Below are positions 18,540-27,588 of a DNA stretch of 64,000 bases, one piece after another. Source of the DNA: Abyssibacter sp. (lineage in GTDB: Bacteria; Pseudomonadota; Alphaproteobacteria; Rhodobacterales; Rhodobacteraceae). Made by a program: the position numbers and the translations under genes. The notes below the pieces were generated by a model, which was not told where the DNA came from, did not search any database, and saw only the letters and a program-made list of their open reading frames with translations. Location of the stretch: assembly GCA_964220165.1 (NCBI GenBank), contig CAXPTW010000024.1:200843-264842 (forward strand), given 5' to 3'. Each line of letters opens with the position of its first letter. Position 1 is the first letter of the stretch.

Positions 18540-20630
18540 ATGAAACTAAATCTGTCACAGATTTTCCGACCCACAATCTTGCTGGCCTTGGCGCTCATGG
18601 TGGTCATCGTCATGATGGTTTTGCCTGTGCCGTCTTGGGTGCTTGATTTGGGCCTCGCGACAAGTTTTGCGCTGGCGATCCTGATCTTTACGGTCACGCT
18701 TTTCATCGAGAGACCTTTGGATTTTTCGTCCTTCCCGACGATCTTGTTGGCAAGTCTCATGCTTCGCCTGTCGTTGAACGTTTCCTCAACGAAACTCATC
18801 ATTGGCCAAGGTCACACCGGTACTGCCGCCGCGGGGCATGTAATCGAGGGTTTCGCGAGCTTCGTGATGAGCGGCTCTATTGTGTTGGGCCTTGTCGTCT
18901 TTATCGTTCTTTTGATTGTGAACTTTATGGTCATCACCAAGGGCGCGGGGCGCATGGCCGAAGTGGGCGCGCGCTTTGCCTTGGATGGGATGCCGGGACG
19001 GCAGCTCGCCATTGATGCGGATCTGTCCGCCGGGGCCATCACACATGAACAAGCCCGCGAGCGACGCGAATCTGAGTTGGCCGAAACCACCTTTTTCGGC
19101 TCCTTGGACGGCGCATCAAAGTTCGTCAAAGGCGATGCGATTGCCGGTCTCATGATCACGCTTTTGAACATCGTGATGGGGCTGGTCATCGGGGTGGCGG
19201 CCCATGACATGCCCATCGGTCGGGCGTTTGAGACTTATGCCATCCTCACCGTCGGCGACGGTTTGGTCAGTCAAATTCCCTCTGTGATCATCTCGATCGC
19301 CGCCGCACTTTTGCTGGCCAAGGGGGGTGCCAATGGCTCGACGGATATGGCGCTCTTTAGCCAGCTGGGTCGCTATCCGCCCGCGCTCTACACGGTGTCG
19401 GTTCTCATGACGCTGTTCGCCTTTGTGCCCGGCCTGCCGTTTATCCCCTTTATCGGGGGTGCCGGGGCTTTGTCTGCGGCGGCATATTTCGTCCAGAAAA
19501 AGCATCAGGAGCAAGAGAACCAGCGCATCAAAGCGGACACTGAGCGACCGCAGGCCGCCCAGTCCAAGGACTCAATGGGCGACATTCTGGACCTCGATGA
19601 CATCCATGTGGAGTTTGCGCCCGATCTCGTGCCGATGGTGCTCGATCCGCAAACGGGGTTGGATGCGCGCATTGAAAACATGCGCACGCATGTCGCGACG
19701 GTTTTTGGCCTGATCCTGCCTGAAATCCGGCTCACGGACGACCCAAGCCTCCCGCCCGGCACCTACGTTGTGCGCATTCAAGGCGTGGAGCAGGCGCGGG
19801 ATCGGCTTCGCAAAGACAAAGTGCTCGCCCTCGTGTCCGACGACATGTTGGGCCTCCCGATTGGTGATGATGTGTCCGAGCCGGTCTATGGCGCACCCGC
19901 GCGGTGGATCGACAAGTCCAAAAAGGAAGAGGCCGCCTTGATGGGGACGACGGTTGTCGGCCCGACCGAAGTGTTGGCGACCCACCTTTTGGAAATCATC
20001 AAACGCAATTTCTCCCGTCTCCTCACGATGAAATCCCTGCGTCGGCTGCTCGATGAGATGACCAATCTGACGGACCGCGCGCGGGCTGAAGCGAACCAGA
20101 AACTCCTCAACGAGCTGATCCCGGACCGTGTGCCTCTGGATCTTTTGCTGTCCGTTCTGCGTCTGTTGTTGGAGGAGCGCGTGTCGATCCGAAATATGCC
20201 GCTCATTTTGGAGTCGATTTCAGAATCCCGCGGGGCGCACGCGTCACCGGAAAGCATCTGTGAACATGTACGTCAGCGCCTCGGGTTTCAGCTGATTTCC
20301 GAGATCAAGCGGGAAGATGGTACGCTCCCCTTGCTCCAACTGTCGCCGGAGTGGGAAGAACGTTTCTCGGCGCATCAGATCGAGGGGGACCGAGGTCGCA
20401 CGGATGTCGCCCTGCCGCCGGACCAATTCAACCGGCTTGCGAAAAGCATGGCCGACAAAATCGCGAAAGCCGGGGAAACGGGCGTCTATCCGGGGATTGT
20501 GACCTCGACACGCCGGCGGCGTTTCCTACGCACCGTGCTCGCGGCGCAGGGCATTCAGAACCCTGTCTATTCATTTGAGGAGATCGGATCGGACGCACGC
20601 CCCTCACTCGTTGGTTTGGTCAGTGCGTGA
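18540..20630 (+). CDS. flhA: Flagellar export apparatus protein FlhA
   Basis: Conserved FHIPEP region (SGSIVLGLVVFIVLLIVNFMVITKGAGRMAEVGARFALDGMPGRQLAIDADL). The track ORF starts at TTG 18528. I prefer ATG 18540 (MKLNLSQIF). Confidence 0.92.
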   Translation: MKLNLSQIFRPTILLALALMVVIVMMVLPVPSWVLDLGLATSFALAILIFTVTLFIERPLDFSSFPTILLASLMLRLSLNVSSTKLIIGQGHTGTAAAGHVIEGFASFVMSGSIVLGLVVFIVLLIVNFMVITKGAGRMAEVGARFALDGMPGRQLAIDADLSAGAITHEQARERRESELAETTFFGSLDGASKFVKGDAIAGLMITLLNIVMGLVIGVAAHDMPIGRAFETYAILTVGDGLVSQIPSVIISIAAALLLAKGGANGSTDMALFSQLGRYPPALYTVSVLMTLFAFVPGLPFIPFIGGAGALSAAAYFVQKKHQEQENQRIKADTERPQAAQSKDSMGDILDLDDIHVEFAPDLVPMVLDPQTGLDARIENMRTHVATVFGLILPEIRLTDDPSLPPGTYVVRIQGVEQARDRLRKDKVLALVSDDMLGLPIGDDVSEPVYGAPARWIDKSKKEEAALMGTTVVGPTEVLATHLLEIIKRNFSRLLTMKSLRRLLDEMTNLTDRARAEANQKLLNELIPDRVPLDLLLSVLRLLLEERVSIRNMPLILESISESRGAHASPESICEHVRQRLGFQLISEIKREDGTLPLLQLSPEWEERFSAHQIEGDRGRTDVALPPDQFNRLAKSMADKIAKAGETGVYPGIVTSTRRRRFLRTVLAAQGIQNPVYSFEEIGSDARPSLVGLVSA

Positions 20631-21403
20631 TGGTCCCGCTCGATGAAATCTTGCGGCTCAGCCAGGGATGGGCCTCTGCGGCGTTTTTCGTCTTTTTGCG
20701 TGTTGGGGCCGTGATGGCGCTTCTCCCAGCTTTTGGAGAACGTTCCATCCCGGAACGCGTGCGCCTTGTCTTGGCCCTATGTTTTACCGCCATCGTTCTC
20801 CCCGCCGTGTCCCCTCTGATTGATCAGTTGGACATGGATGCGATTTCCTTGCTGAGAGCCGTTGCCACCGAGGTGATCTCCGGGCTTCTCGTGGGGATTG
20901 TCTTGCGCCTCTTCATCATGGCTTTGCAAATCGCGGGCTCAATTGCGGCGCAATCCACATCCTTGTCGCAAATTTTTGGCGGCGGTGCCGTCGATGCACA
21001 ACCTGCGATTGGGCATTTGTTTTTCATCGGCGGTCTGACCATCGCCGTGATGACGGGCCTTCATGTTCGGGTCGCAGAAGTGCTCATCCTTTCCTACCAA
21101 TATTTCCCGCCGGGCGCTTTTGTGCCGCCGGATGAGGTCATGGTCTGGGGCGTTGGACATGTGTCCCGGGCCTTTGCCCTCGCCTTTAGTCTCGCCGCGC
21201 CGTTTGTCATCGCGTCGCTCGTCTACAACGTCGCGCTGGGCGTCATCAATCGCGCGATGCCCTCGCTCATGGTCGCCTTCGTCGGTGCGCCGGCGATCAC
21301 GGCGGGTGGGTTGCTTTTGCTGTTTGCGACCATGCCCATCGCGCTTGAGATTTGGAGAGACGGGTTTTTGACCCTTCTCCTTGATCCGTTTGGAACGCCG
21401 TGA
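20627..21403 (+). CDS. fliR: Flagellar export apparatus protein FliR
   Basis: 258-aa polytopic membrane protein. Its start overlaps the flhA stop and its stop overlaps the flhB start. FliR-like hydrophobic pattern. Confidence 0.85.
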   Translation: MMVPLDEILRLSQGWASAAFFVFLRVGAVMALLPAFGERSIPERVRLVLALCFTAIVLPAVSPLIDQLDMDAISLLRAVATEVISGLLVGIVLRLFIMALQIAGSIAAQSTSLSQIFGGGAVDAQPAIGHLFFIGGLTIAVMTGLHVRVAEVLILSYQYFPPGAFVPPDEVMVWGVGHVSRAFALAFSLAAPFVIASLVYNVALGVINRAMPSLMVAFVGAPAITAGGLLLLFATMPIALEIWRDGFLTLLLDPFGTP

Positions 21404-22488
21404 TGTCGGGGTCCGAGGATGATGGCGACAAGCAATATGACCCGTCACAAAAACGGCTCGATGATGCGCGCAAAAAGGGGGAAATCCCGCGCTCCAACGA
21501 CCTGAATACGGCGGCATCGTATTTCGGATTTATTGCCGTTGCGATGGTCTTGGGGGCGGAGAGCCTGCGCGGCATGGGTGATGTGCTCCAATCCATGCTG
21601 TCGTCCGCCGATCTCTATTCCGAGACGTGGTTTAGCGGCTCAAGTCGGCCTTGGGTGCTCGGGCTGATGATGGAACTGGGGGCCAGGCTTGTGCCTTGGG
21701 TTCTGATCCCGGCGGTCTTTGTACTTGCGGCCACGATTGTCACACGTTCGCTGATCTTTGCGCCGAGCAAACTCGAACCCAAATTGTCGAAAATCTCGCC
21801 GATCTCCAATGCGAAAAACAAATTCGGGCGCGCTGGGTTGTTCGAGTTTGCCAAAAGCTTTGCCAAGCTGTCGATCTATTCGGTTGTCTTGGGCACCTAT
21901 CTCTACACCAAGCTGCCGCTCATCATGTCGACCATGTCCCTCAGTCCGGGCATCGTGACGGCGCGTTTGGTTGAGCTGGTGGTCGGCTTTATGCTCATCG
22001 TTTTGGCCATTTCCGTCGTGATCGGTGGCGTCGACTACCTGTTCCAGCACGCCGAGCATATTCGCAAAAACCGGATGTCGCGCAAAGAGCTCCAGGACGA
22101 GGCCAAGGATCAAGAGGGAGATCCGCATTTCAAACAGAAGCGCCGCCAAAAGGGTTTTGAGATCGTGATGAACCAGATGCTTTCTGAGGTGCCGAAGGCG
22201 GACGTGATCGTGGTGAATCCGACGCATTATGCCGTTGCGCTGAAATGGGATCGTGGATCGGGCAGGGCGCCCATCGTGGTCGCGAAAGGGGTCGATGAAA
22301 TCGCGGCCCGGATCCGGGAGGTTGCCAATGAGCATGCGGTGCCGATTCAACGCGATCCCCCGACCGCGCGCGCGATCTATGCGGCGGTCGATCTGGGTGA
22401 GCAAATTTTGCCTGAACATTACAAAGCCGTGGCCGCCGCGATCCGCTTTGCGGAAGCTATGCGCCAGAAGATGAAAACGCAGTTCTAA
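21400..22488 (+). CDS. flhB: Flagellar export apparatus protein FlhB
   Basis: 362 aa. The N-terminus DKQYDPSQKRLDDARKKGEIPRSNDL is FlhB-like. The autocleavage motif NPTHYAVAL is present. Confidence 0.9.
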   Translation: MMSGSEDDGDKQYDPSQKRLDDARKKGEIPRSNDLNTAASYFGFIAVAMVLGAESLRGMGDVLQSMLSSADLYSETWFSGSSRPWVLGLMMELGARLVPWVLIPAVFVLAATIVTRSLIFAPSKLEPKLSKISPISNAKNKFGRAGLFEFAKSFAKLSIYSVVLGTYLYTKLPLIMSTMSLSPGIVTARLVELVVGFMLIVLAISVVIGGVDYLFQHAEHIRKNRMSRKELQDEAKDQEGDPHFKQKRRQKGFEIVMNQMLSEVPKADVIVVNPTHYAVALKWDRGSGRAPIVVAKGVDEIAARIREVANEHAVPIQRDPPTARAIYAAVDLGEQILPEHYKAVAAAIRFAEAMRQKMKTQF

Positions 22489-22497
22489 GAGGCGGGT

Positions 22498-22875
22498 ATG
22501 AAACAGGACAGGAAAACGCTCGAAAACCTGCAACGGCTGACACAGATCTCGCTGGATGCTGAACTATCAAAATTGGCGCAAATAAAACGCCTAGAGGAGC
22601 CAATTCGTCAAAAAGTGAAAGAATTGGAAGCGGACCAAGCATCACGGCGGGAGCACCTCAAAGACCAGACAGGATTCGATTTGGCTGCGACGACTGGTGT
22701 GGACCAGGCCTGGTCAAGGTGGGCAGAAAAGCAGAAACGCGACGCGCTCCAAGATTTGGCAAAGGTGGCGGAACAGCGTGAACAGCAACTTGCCCGCACC
22801 CAAAGGGCCTTTGGCCAAAACGAAGCTCTGACCCGCCTCAGCGAGACGTTGCGCCAACGCGGGTCGAAATCCTGA
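22498..22875 (+). CDS. Hypothetical coiled-coil protein (possible FliJ-like)
   Basis: 125 aa, charged and all-helical in appearance, located 10 nt after flhB. The function is guessed only from size, composition and position. Confidence 0.4.
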   Translation: MKQDRKTLENLQRLTQISLDAELSKLAQIKRLEEPIRQKVKELEADQASRREHLKDQTGFDLAATTGVDQAWSRWAEKQKRDALQDLAKVAEQREQQLARTQRAFGQNEALTRLSETLRQRGSKS

Positions 22876-22877
22876 TC

Positions 22878-23399
22878 TTAGTCGATGTCTTGGCGCACGA
22901 TGTCGATGACCAGCACGTCGTGAATTTCCGGCCCAAGCGTTTTGCGCGCCACCTCAAGCAACGCCTGACGCAAAGCGCTCATCGTGTGGCTGTCGGTAAA
23001 CGCGCCCTTAAAGCCGCCGATATTCGCGTGATCAAACAGCACCTGCAAAAATGAGTCTCTGAGCTTTGGCTCACGGGCATAGATCACTTCCCGGCTGCCT
23101 GTCGTGGCCTCCAAACTCAGAGACAACACCACCATTGCGACGACGCGCCCGTCTTCAAGATCGGGGATCACGAATTGATTGTTCAGTTTCACATATTCAT
23201 AGGCTGAGGCCCCGTCTTCGGTCTCGGCCGTATGCGCGACATCGGGTGCGGCGGCGTGATTGGGGTCTTTGACGCCCACGTCGCCACAGGGGTCGATCTC
23301 CACGACCTCAACAGGATCGGGTCTTAGCAAGATGCCTGCGCCGATCCCGCCGCCGAGGCCGATCAGCGCGAGCAAAAGGGGGATGAGTTTTTTGATCAC
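22878..23399 (-). CDS. FliL-family basal-body-associated protein (copy 2)
   Basis: 173 aa with an N-terminal TM segment. The pattern YVKLNNQFVIPDLEDGRVVAMVVLSLSLE...VLVIDIVRQD follows the FliL family. Confidence 0.6.
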   Translation of the reverse strand: MIKKLIPLLLALIGLGGGIGAGILLRPDPVEVVEIDPCGDVGVKDPNHAAAPDVAHTAETEDGASAYEYVKLNNQFVIPDLEDGRVVAMVVLSLSLEATTGSREVIYAREPKLRDSFLQVLFDHANIGGFKGAFTDSHTMSALRQALLEVARKTLGPEIHDVLVIDIVRQDID

Positions 23400-23412
23400 G
23401 AATGCCCCCTAA

Positions 23413-24138
23413 TCAAAATGGCAACACGATGTCGGCGATCTGTTGACCATACCGAGGTTGTTGCATTTGCGTGATCTGGCCACGACCGCCATAGGAAATC
23501 CGAGCGGAGGCGATCTTGTCGTAGGTGATTTCATTCTGGCGGGAAATGTCCTCTGGCCGCACATAGCCCTCGACAATCAGCTCGCGAATTTCGAAATTCA
23601 CCCGGACCTCTTGCGTGCCCTGAATGTGGAGCACGCCGTTCGGCAACACGTCCACGATGGTCGCCGCGATTTTCAACTCAAGTTGCTCGTTGCGAGAGAC
23701 CGATCCATTCCCGCTGGACGACGAGGAGGAGTTGGTCGAGACCGTGCTGTCAAAGGACGCGCCCTCGGGCAGGTATTGGTCGAGATATTGCGGAAATCCG
23801 AAGAAGTCGGGGACGCCAAGGCTTTCTGATCCGGACCTGCCGCGCGCCGAGGTGTTCGACATTTCCGCGCTGTCGTCGATTTCGATCACAACGGTCAAGA
23901 TGTCGCCTCTCGTGACCGCGCGTCGATCTCCCAAAAGGGAATTGCGCGAGGCCGTCCAAAGCGACGCGGCATCCGAAGGGCTTTGGGCAAGCTCCGTGTC
24001 CTGGCGGCTCGGATACCGCATCGCTGTGGTTTCTGAAGAGGTCGCAATCGGCGTGAATTCCGGCACGCGACCCACCTCACGCAGATCGGTACAGGCGGCG
24101 ACAGCGAGAAGCGCGATTGGGAAAAACTGAAATCGCAT
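23413..24138 (-). CDS. flgH: Flagellar L-ring lipoprotein FlgH
   Basis: Lipobox LAVAAC. Conserved segments: DRRAVTRGDILTVVIEIDD and ...ISYGGRGQITQMQQPRYGQQIADIVLPF. I prefer ATG 24138 over the TTG at 24159 used by the ORF track. Confidence 0.88.
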   Translation of the reverse strand: MRFQFFPIALLAVAACTDLREVGRVPEFTPIATSSETTAMRYPSRQDTELAQSPSDAASLWTASRNSLLGDRRAVTRGDILTVVIEIDDSAEMSNTSARGRSGSESLGVPDFFGFPQYLDQYLPEGASFDSTVSTNSSSSSSGNGSVSRNEQLELKIAATIVDVLPNGVLHIQGTQEVRVNFEIRELIVEGYVRPEDISRQNEITYDKIASARISYGGRGQITQMQQPRYGQQIADIVLPF

Positions 24139-24155
24139 GATCGAAGTATCCTTTT

Positions 24156-24593
24156 TCAAAATCCGGCCAATCCGCCGACGTGAATGGTGCCGTCCGGAGC
24201 AACGGTGCCGGAGACGATGGTTTTGGAACTGAGATTCATGACGCGCAAAACCTCGCCGGGCGCGGCGCGGTCCAAGGCGCGGCCATCTGCAGTGATGCTC
24301 AACCCGCCTTGATGAAAGACGAGAATGACAACCGCATTGCGTTCCACTACGGCGGCTGGGCCGATGTCAGCATCTGAAATGGGACGTCCGGAATAGAGCA
24401 TCACCTTGGCCTCAAGTCCCACGGCGTCCTCGATTGTGCCCAGCGCGCCCGGGACGTCGTTTGCGATGAGGGCCAAATCGGCAGCGGACAAGATGGTTTG
24501 GGCGCGGATGGTGCGTGCGGCGACGAGGGTGTCGGCGAGCGCGGAAAGCGGCACAGCGCAGAGGCTCAAAGCTATGAGGAGGGGGCGGATCAT
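24156..24593 (-). CDS. flgA: Flagellar P-ring assembly chaperone FlgA
   Basis: 145 aa with a signal peptide and a SAF-like domain (ARTIRAQTILSAADL...GEVLRVMNLSSKTIVSGTV). Positioned between flgG and flgH. Confidence 0.75.
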   Translation of the reverse strand: MIRPLLIALSLCAVPLSALADTLVAARTIRAQTILSAADLALIANDVPGALGTIEDAVGLEAKVMLYSGRPISDADIGPAAVVERNAVVILVFHQGGLSITADGRALDRAAPGEVLRVMNLSSKTIVSGTVAPDGTIHVGGLAGF

Positions 24594-25375
24594 CGGATTT
24601 GCGTCGTGGCTGAAAGCATCTGGTCAGCGGCGGTGATGACCTTGGCATTGAGTTCATAGCCGCGCTGGGCCTCGATCAGCTCGGTGATTTCGCGCACGGC
24701 ATCGACGGAACTGTCCTCAAGGTAGCCCTGCCGCAATGTGCCGAGACCATCTACGCCGGGTGTGGACACATTGGCGGGGCCCGAAGCTTCGGTTTCGAGA
24801 AAGAGGTTCGAACCGATGGCCTCAAGCCCCTTTGCGTTGGAAAATCCGGCAAGGGTGAATTGGCCCAAAAGTTCGGGTTCGATCTGGTCGTTGAAATAGG
24901 CGTAGACCTCGCCATCGGCGTTGATCGAGATGGAGAGCGTATCATCCGGGATCGTGATGTCGGGAACGACGGCGTGCCCATCCGAGGTGACGATCAACCC
25001 ATCGGCGGAGCGTTTGAGCCCCCCGTCGCGGGTAAAGGCGGATTGGCCGGAGGGCAGTGTGACCTCGAAATAGCCGGAGCCTTCGATCGCGAGATCGAGT
25101 GTGCCCCCCGTCGCCGACAAAGACCCCTGTGCAAGTTCGAGCGTGACAGAGGAGGGGCGCACGCCGAGACCCAGTTGCACACCGGTCGGGAGGATCGTTC
25201 CGTCGGACGAATTGATCGTACCGGGTCGCGCCAACTGTTGGTAATGCAGGTCGGCAAATTCGGCGCGGCGCGCGTTGTAGCCCGTGGTGCTCATGTTCGC
25301 GAGGTTTTGCGATATGGTTTCCACACGCATTTGTTGGGCGCTCATCCCCGTGGCCGCAATTTTGAGAGCACGCAT
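24590..25375 (-). CDS. flgG: Flagellar distal rod protein FlgG
   Basis: 261 aa. N-terminus MRALKIAATGMSAQQMRVETISQNLANMSTTGY and C-terminus LIEAQRGYELNAKVITAADQML. Confidence 0.9.
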   Translation of the reverse strand: MRALKIAATGMSAQQMRVETISQNLANMSTTGYNARRAEFADLHYQQLARPGTINSSDGTILPTGVQLGLGVRPSSVTLELAQGSLSATGGTLDLAIEGSGYFEVTLPSGQSAFTRDGGLKRSADGLIVTSDGHAVVPDITIPDDTLSISINADGEVYAYFNDQIEPELLGQFTLAGFSNAKGLEAIGSNLFLETEASGPANVSTPGVDGLGTLRQGYLEDSSVDAVREITELIEAQRGYELNAKVITAADQMLSATTQIR

Positions 25376-25386
25376 GTTTGCCTCCT

Positions 25387-26103
25387 TTACCGGCCGAGTG
25401 TGGAGATGACGGATTTGATCCGTTCATCTTCCTGTTCGGCGAATTTCTGGCCCATGGTGTAGGCGTGTTGGACCTCGATCATTCGGGCGATCTCGGTGAT
25501 GGCGTTGACGTTGGAATTCTCGACATAGCCCTGAAGGATGATGGCCTCATCTTGGGGAATGAGACCCCCGTCGGTTTGGAACCGCACGCCATCCGAGCGG
25601 GACAGGCGCATGGGATCTTCAGGGAGATAGAGGCCGATCTGGGCAAGGGGTTGCCCGTCGGCGGACAGCGTGCCGTCTGAGGCGATGGAAATGGTTTTCG
25701 CGTTCGGCGGGATGAAAATCGGTGTGCCGCCATTGTCGAGGAGGCGATAGCCGTCATGCGTCGTCAACTCGCCAAGCTCATTTGGCGTAAAGGCCCCGTT
25801 GCGGGTAAGAAACTGCCCCTCCGGCGTTTCAACGAGAAAGAACCCGTCGCCTTCGATGGCGAGATCGAATGTACCGCCCGTCGGTGTGAGCGGGCCCTGG
25901 GACAAATCGGTGCGTTTCACATTGGCATTGGCCATGGAAAGACTTTCCTCATCGCGGCCCAAAGCGGCGATATGTTCGGAAAAGATCAGCCCCTCTTTTC
26001 GAAACCCGGTGGTGGAGACGTTTGCAATGTTGTTCGCGATGCTTTGCATTTCGCGATTGAGTCCGACCACGCGGGTCAGGGTGGTATAGCCTGCGCTGTC
26101 CAT
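25387..26103 (-). CDS. flgF: Flagellar proximal rod protein FlgF
   Basis: Start set at ATG 26103 (MDSAGYTTLTRVVGLNREMQSIANNIANVSTTGF). It is preceded by a GGAGG SD and overlaps the fliQ stop. The ORF-track 5' extension to 26328 is Arg/His-rich junk antisense to fliQ. Confidence 0.85.
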   Translation of the reverse strand: MDSAGYTTLTRVVGLNREMQSIANNIANVSTTGFRKEGLIFSEHIAALGRDEESLSMANANVKRTDLSQGPLTPTGGTFDLAIEGDGFFLVETPEGQFLTRNGAFTPNELGELTTHDGYRLLDNGGTPIFIPPNAKTISIASDGTLSADGQPLAQIGLYLPEDPMRLSRSDGVRFQTDGGLIPQDEAIILQGYVENSNVNAITEIARMIEVQHAYTMGQKFAEQEDERIKSVISTLGR

Positions 26104-26369
26104 CACAATCCTCCAATCAACGGGATGATGCGGTCTTTGAAAAAGCTGCTCAGGGTTTCCGTCATGAATCCCATCGACATCCAGAAGACGATCATGATGG
26201 CGATGAGTTTCGGGACAAAGGTGAGCGTCATTTCCTGAATGCTGGTCAGGGCCTGAAACAGGCCGACCACGAGACCTGCGACGAGCGCAATGACGAGGAT
26301 CGGCGTCGAAATCATCGTCGCGATCCAAAGCGCCTGTCTCAGTGTGTCGTAGAAAACCAACTCATCCAT
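26103..26369 (-). CDS. fliQ: Flagellar export apparatus protein FliQ
   Basis: About 88 aa with two TM segments. Conserved segment: ISTPILVIALVAGLVVGLFQALTSIQEMTLTFVPKL. Confidence 0.88.
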   Translation of the reverse strand: MDELVFYDTLRQALWIATMISTPILVIALVAGLVVGLFQALTSIQEMTLTFVPKLIAIMIVFWMSMGFMTETLSSFFKDRIIPLIGGL

Positions 26370-26388
26370 GGGCCGCACACTCCATTGC

Positions 26389-26685
26389 TTACACCGGCAT
26401 CCTGAGAATTTCCTGATAAGCCTCGACGACCTTATCGCGCACGGTGACGGCGGCCTCGATGGCGAGCTCGCTTTGCGCGAGCGCCTGAACGAGGGCCTGG
26501 CTGTCGGCCTGACCGATCATGGCGGCCTCTGCGACCTCTTCTCCGCGAGCAAGCGTGTCGGCGAAACTCGCCGCAGCCGTCGCAAAGGGCGAGGTTTCCC
26601 CTTCTTGAGAAGGTTTCGGAGTGGGCGCTGTGCCGGGTCGGGTGGCGGCATAGCCCTGAGTGGCGAGTGTTGTGCGGATGTCCAT
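26389..26685 (-). CDS. fliE: Flagellar hook-basal body complex protein FliE
   Basis: 98 aa. C-terminal FliE signature: ALAQSELAIEAAVTVRDKVVEAYQEILRMPV. Confidence 0.8.
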   Translation of the reverse strand: MDIRTTLATQGYAATRPGTAPTPKPSQEGETSPFATAAASFADTLARGEEVAEAAMIGQADSQALVQALAQSELAIEAAVTVRDKVVEAYQEILRMPV

Positions 26686-26714
26686 TCTGGTCTCCTGCGA
26701 GTGAGCGCCGCGTT

Positions 26715-27107
26715 TTAGCGGCGGAGTAGGTCGAGTAGGGAGGACGACATTTGTCGGGCCTGATCGAAGACTTTGAGATTGGCCTCGTAGCTGCGCTGGG
26801 CCTCTCGGGCGTCGGCAATCTCGATCATCAGCTCGACATTGGAGCCGTCGTAAAATCCGTCCTGTCCGGCCATCGGGTGACCGGGGTCGTAAATGCGGGT
26901 GAGGTCTGTGGTATCGAGCGTGACATCGCCGGTCTTTACGCCGCCCTCTTGGCGGCCGTCCTGCGCGATCTCCTCAAAAGAGACGGTTTTGCGGTGATAG
27001 CCCGGTGTGTCCGCGTTCGCGATGTTCTCGGACACATAGCGAAGGCGATTGGCCTGTGCCTCCATTCCGGAGGCGGACAGGGACAGAATGTTGATGAGAT
27101 CAGACAT
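26715..27107 (-). CDS. flgC: Flagellar rod protein FlgC
   Basis: 130 aa. Contains SASGMEAQANRLRYVSENIANADTPGYHRK and a C-terminal EAQRSYEANLKVFDQARQM. Confidence 0.9.
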   Translation of the reverse strand: MSDLINILSLSASGMEAQANRLRYVSENIANADTPGYHRKTVSFEEIAQDGRQEGGVKTGDVTLDTTDLTRIYDPGHPMAGQDGFYDGSNVELMIEIADAREAQRSYEANLKVFDQARQMSSSLLDLLRR

Positions 27108-27118
27108 GTGTATCGCTC

Positions 27119-27508
27119 CTATCTGCGCCCAATGGCGCTTCGCAAAATGTTGAGAGAGCTTTTGTAGACGGAGAGCGCGAGATCGTGTTCGTGCCGGATC
27201 TGGCTCGCCTTCATCATTTCCGTCTCCAGTGAAACGGAATTGCCATTCGGAGAGGTCGCGCCTGTGGTCTCAAAAATACCGGGGGTCGGTTGGGCGTCTG
27301 AGTCTGAGAGCATATGACCCGCGCGGGTCATGCGCAGGTTCGTGTTGGACGCATTGGCCGAAAACGTCTCCGCAAAGGAGGCGATGTCTTTGGCGGCATA
27401 CTGAGGCGTATCCGCATTCGCGATGTTTTTTGCGACAATCTCTTGGCGCTGCACCGCATGCCGGGCCAGGCCACTTGCCGTTTTAAAGATATCCAAATTT
27501 TCGAACAT
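27119..27508 (-). CDS. flgB: Flagellar rod protein FlgB
   Basis: Start set at ATG 27508 (MFENLDIFKTASGLARHAVQRQEIVAKNIANADTPQY), preceded by a GGAGG SD. The track extension to 27922 is Arg/Pro-rich and antisense to fliI. Confidence 0.85.
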   Translation of the reverse strand: MFENLDIFKTASGLARHAVQRQEIVAKNIANADTPQYAAKDIASFAETFSANASNTNLRMTRAGHMLSDSDAQPTPGIFETTGATSPNGNSVSLETEMMKASQIRHEHDLALSVYKSSLNILRSAIGRR

Positions 27509-27588
27509 CGGGGCTTCTCCTCCGATCCATCTCAACCAAGGCTTAACCCTGATTCCTTTAGAAAGAGTTGTCGAAGGCGGAGGTATGG

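Noticed and set aside
21640-22533. 297-aa minus-strand ORF
   Set aside because: It is antisense to flhB (NPTH autocleavage motif present on the plus strand). Artefact. The same applies to 36798-37706 (antisense to ubiB), 38408-39148 (antisense to ubiE), 43577-44875 (antisense to dnaN) and 49168-50046 (antisense to the sulfotransferase ORF).
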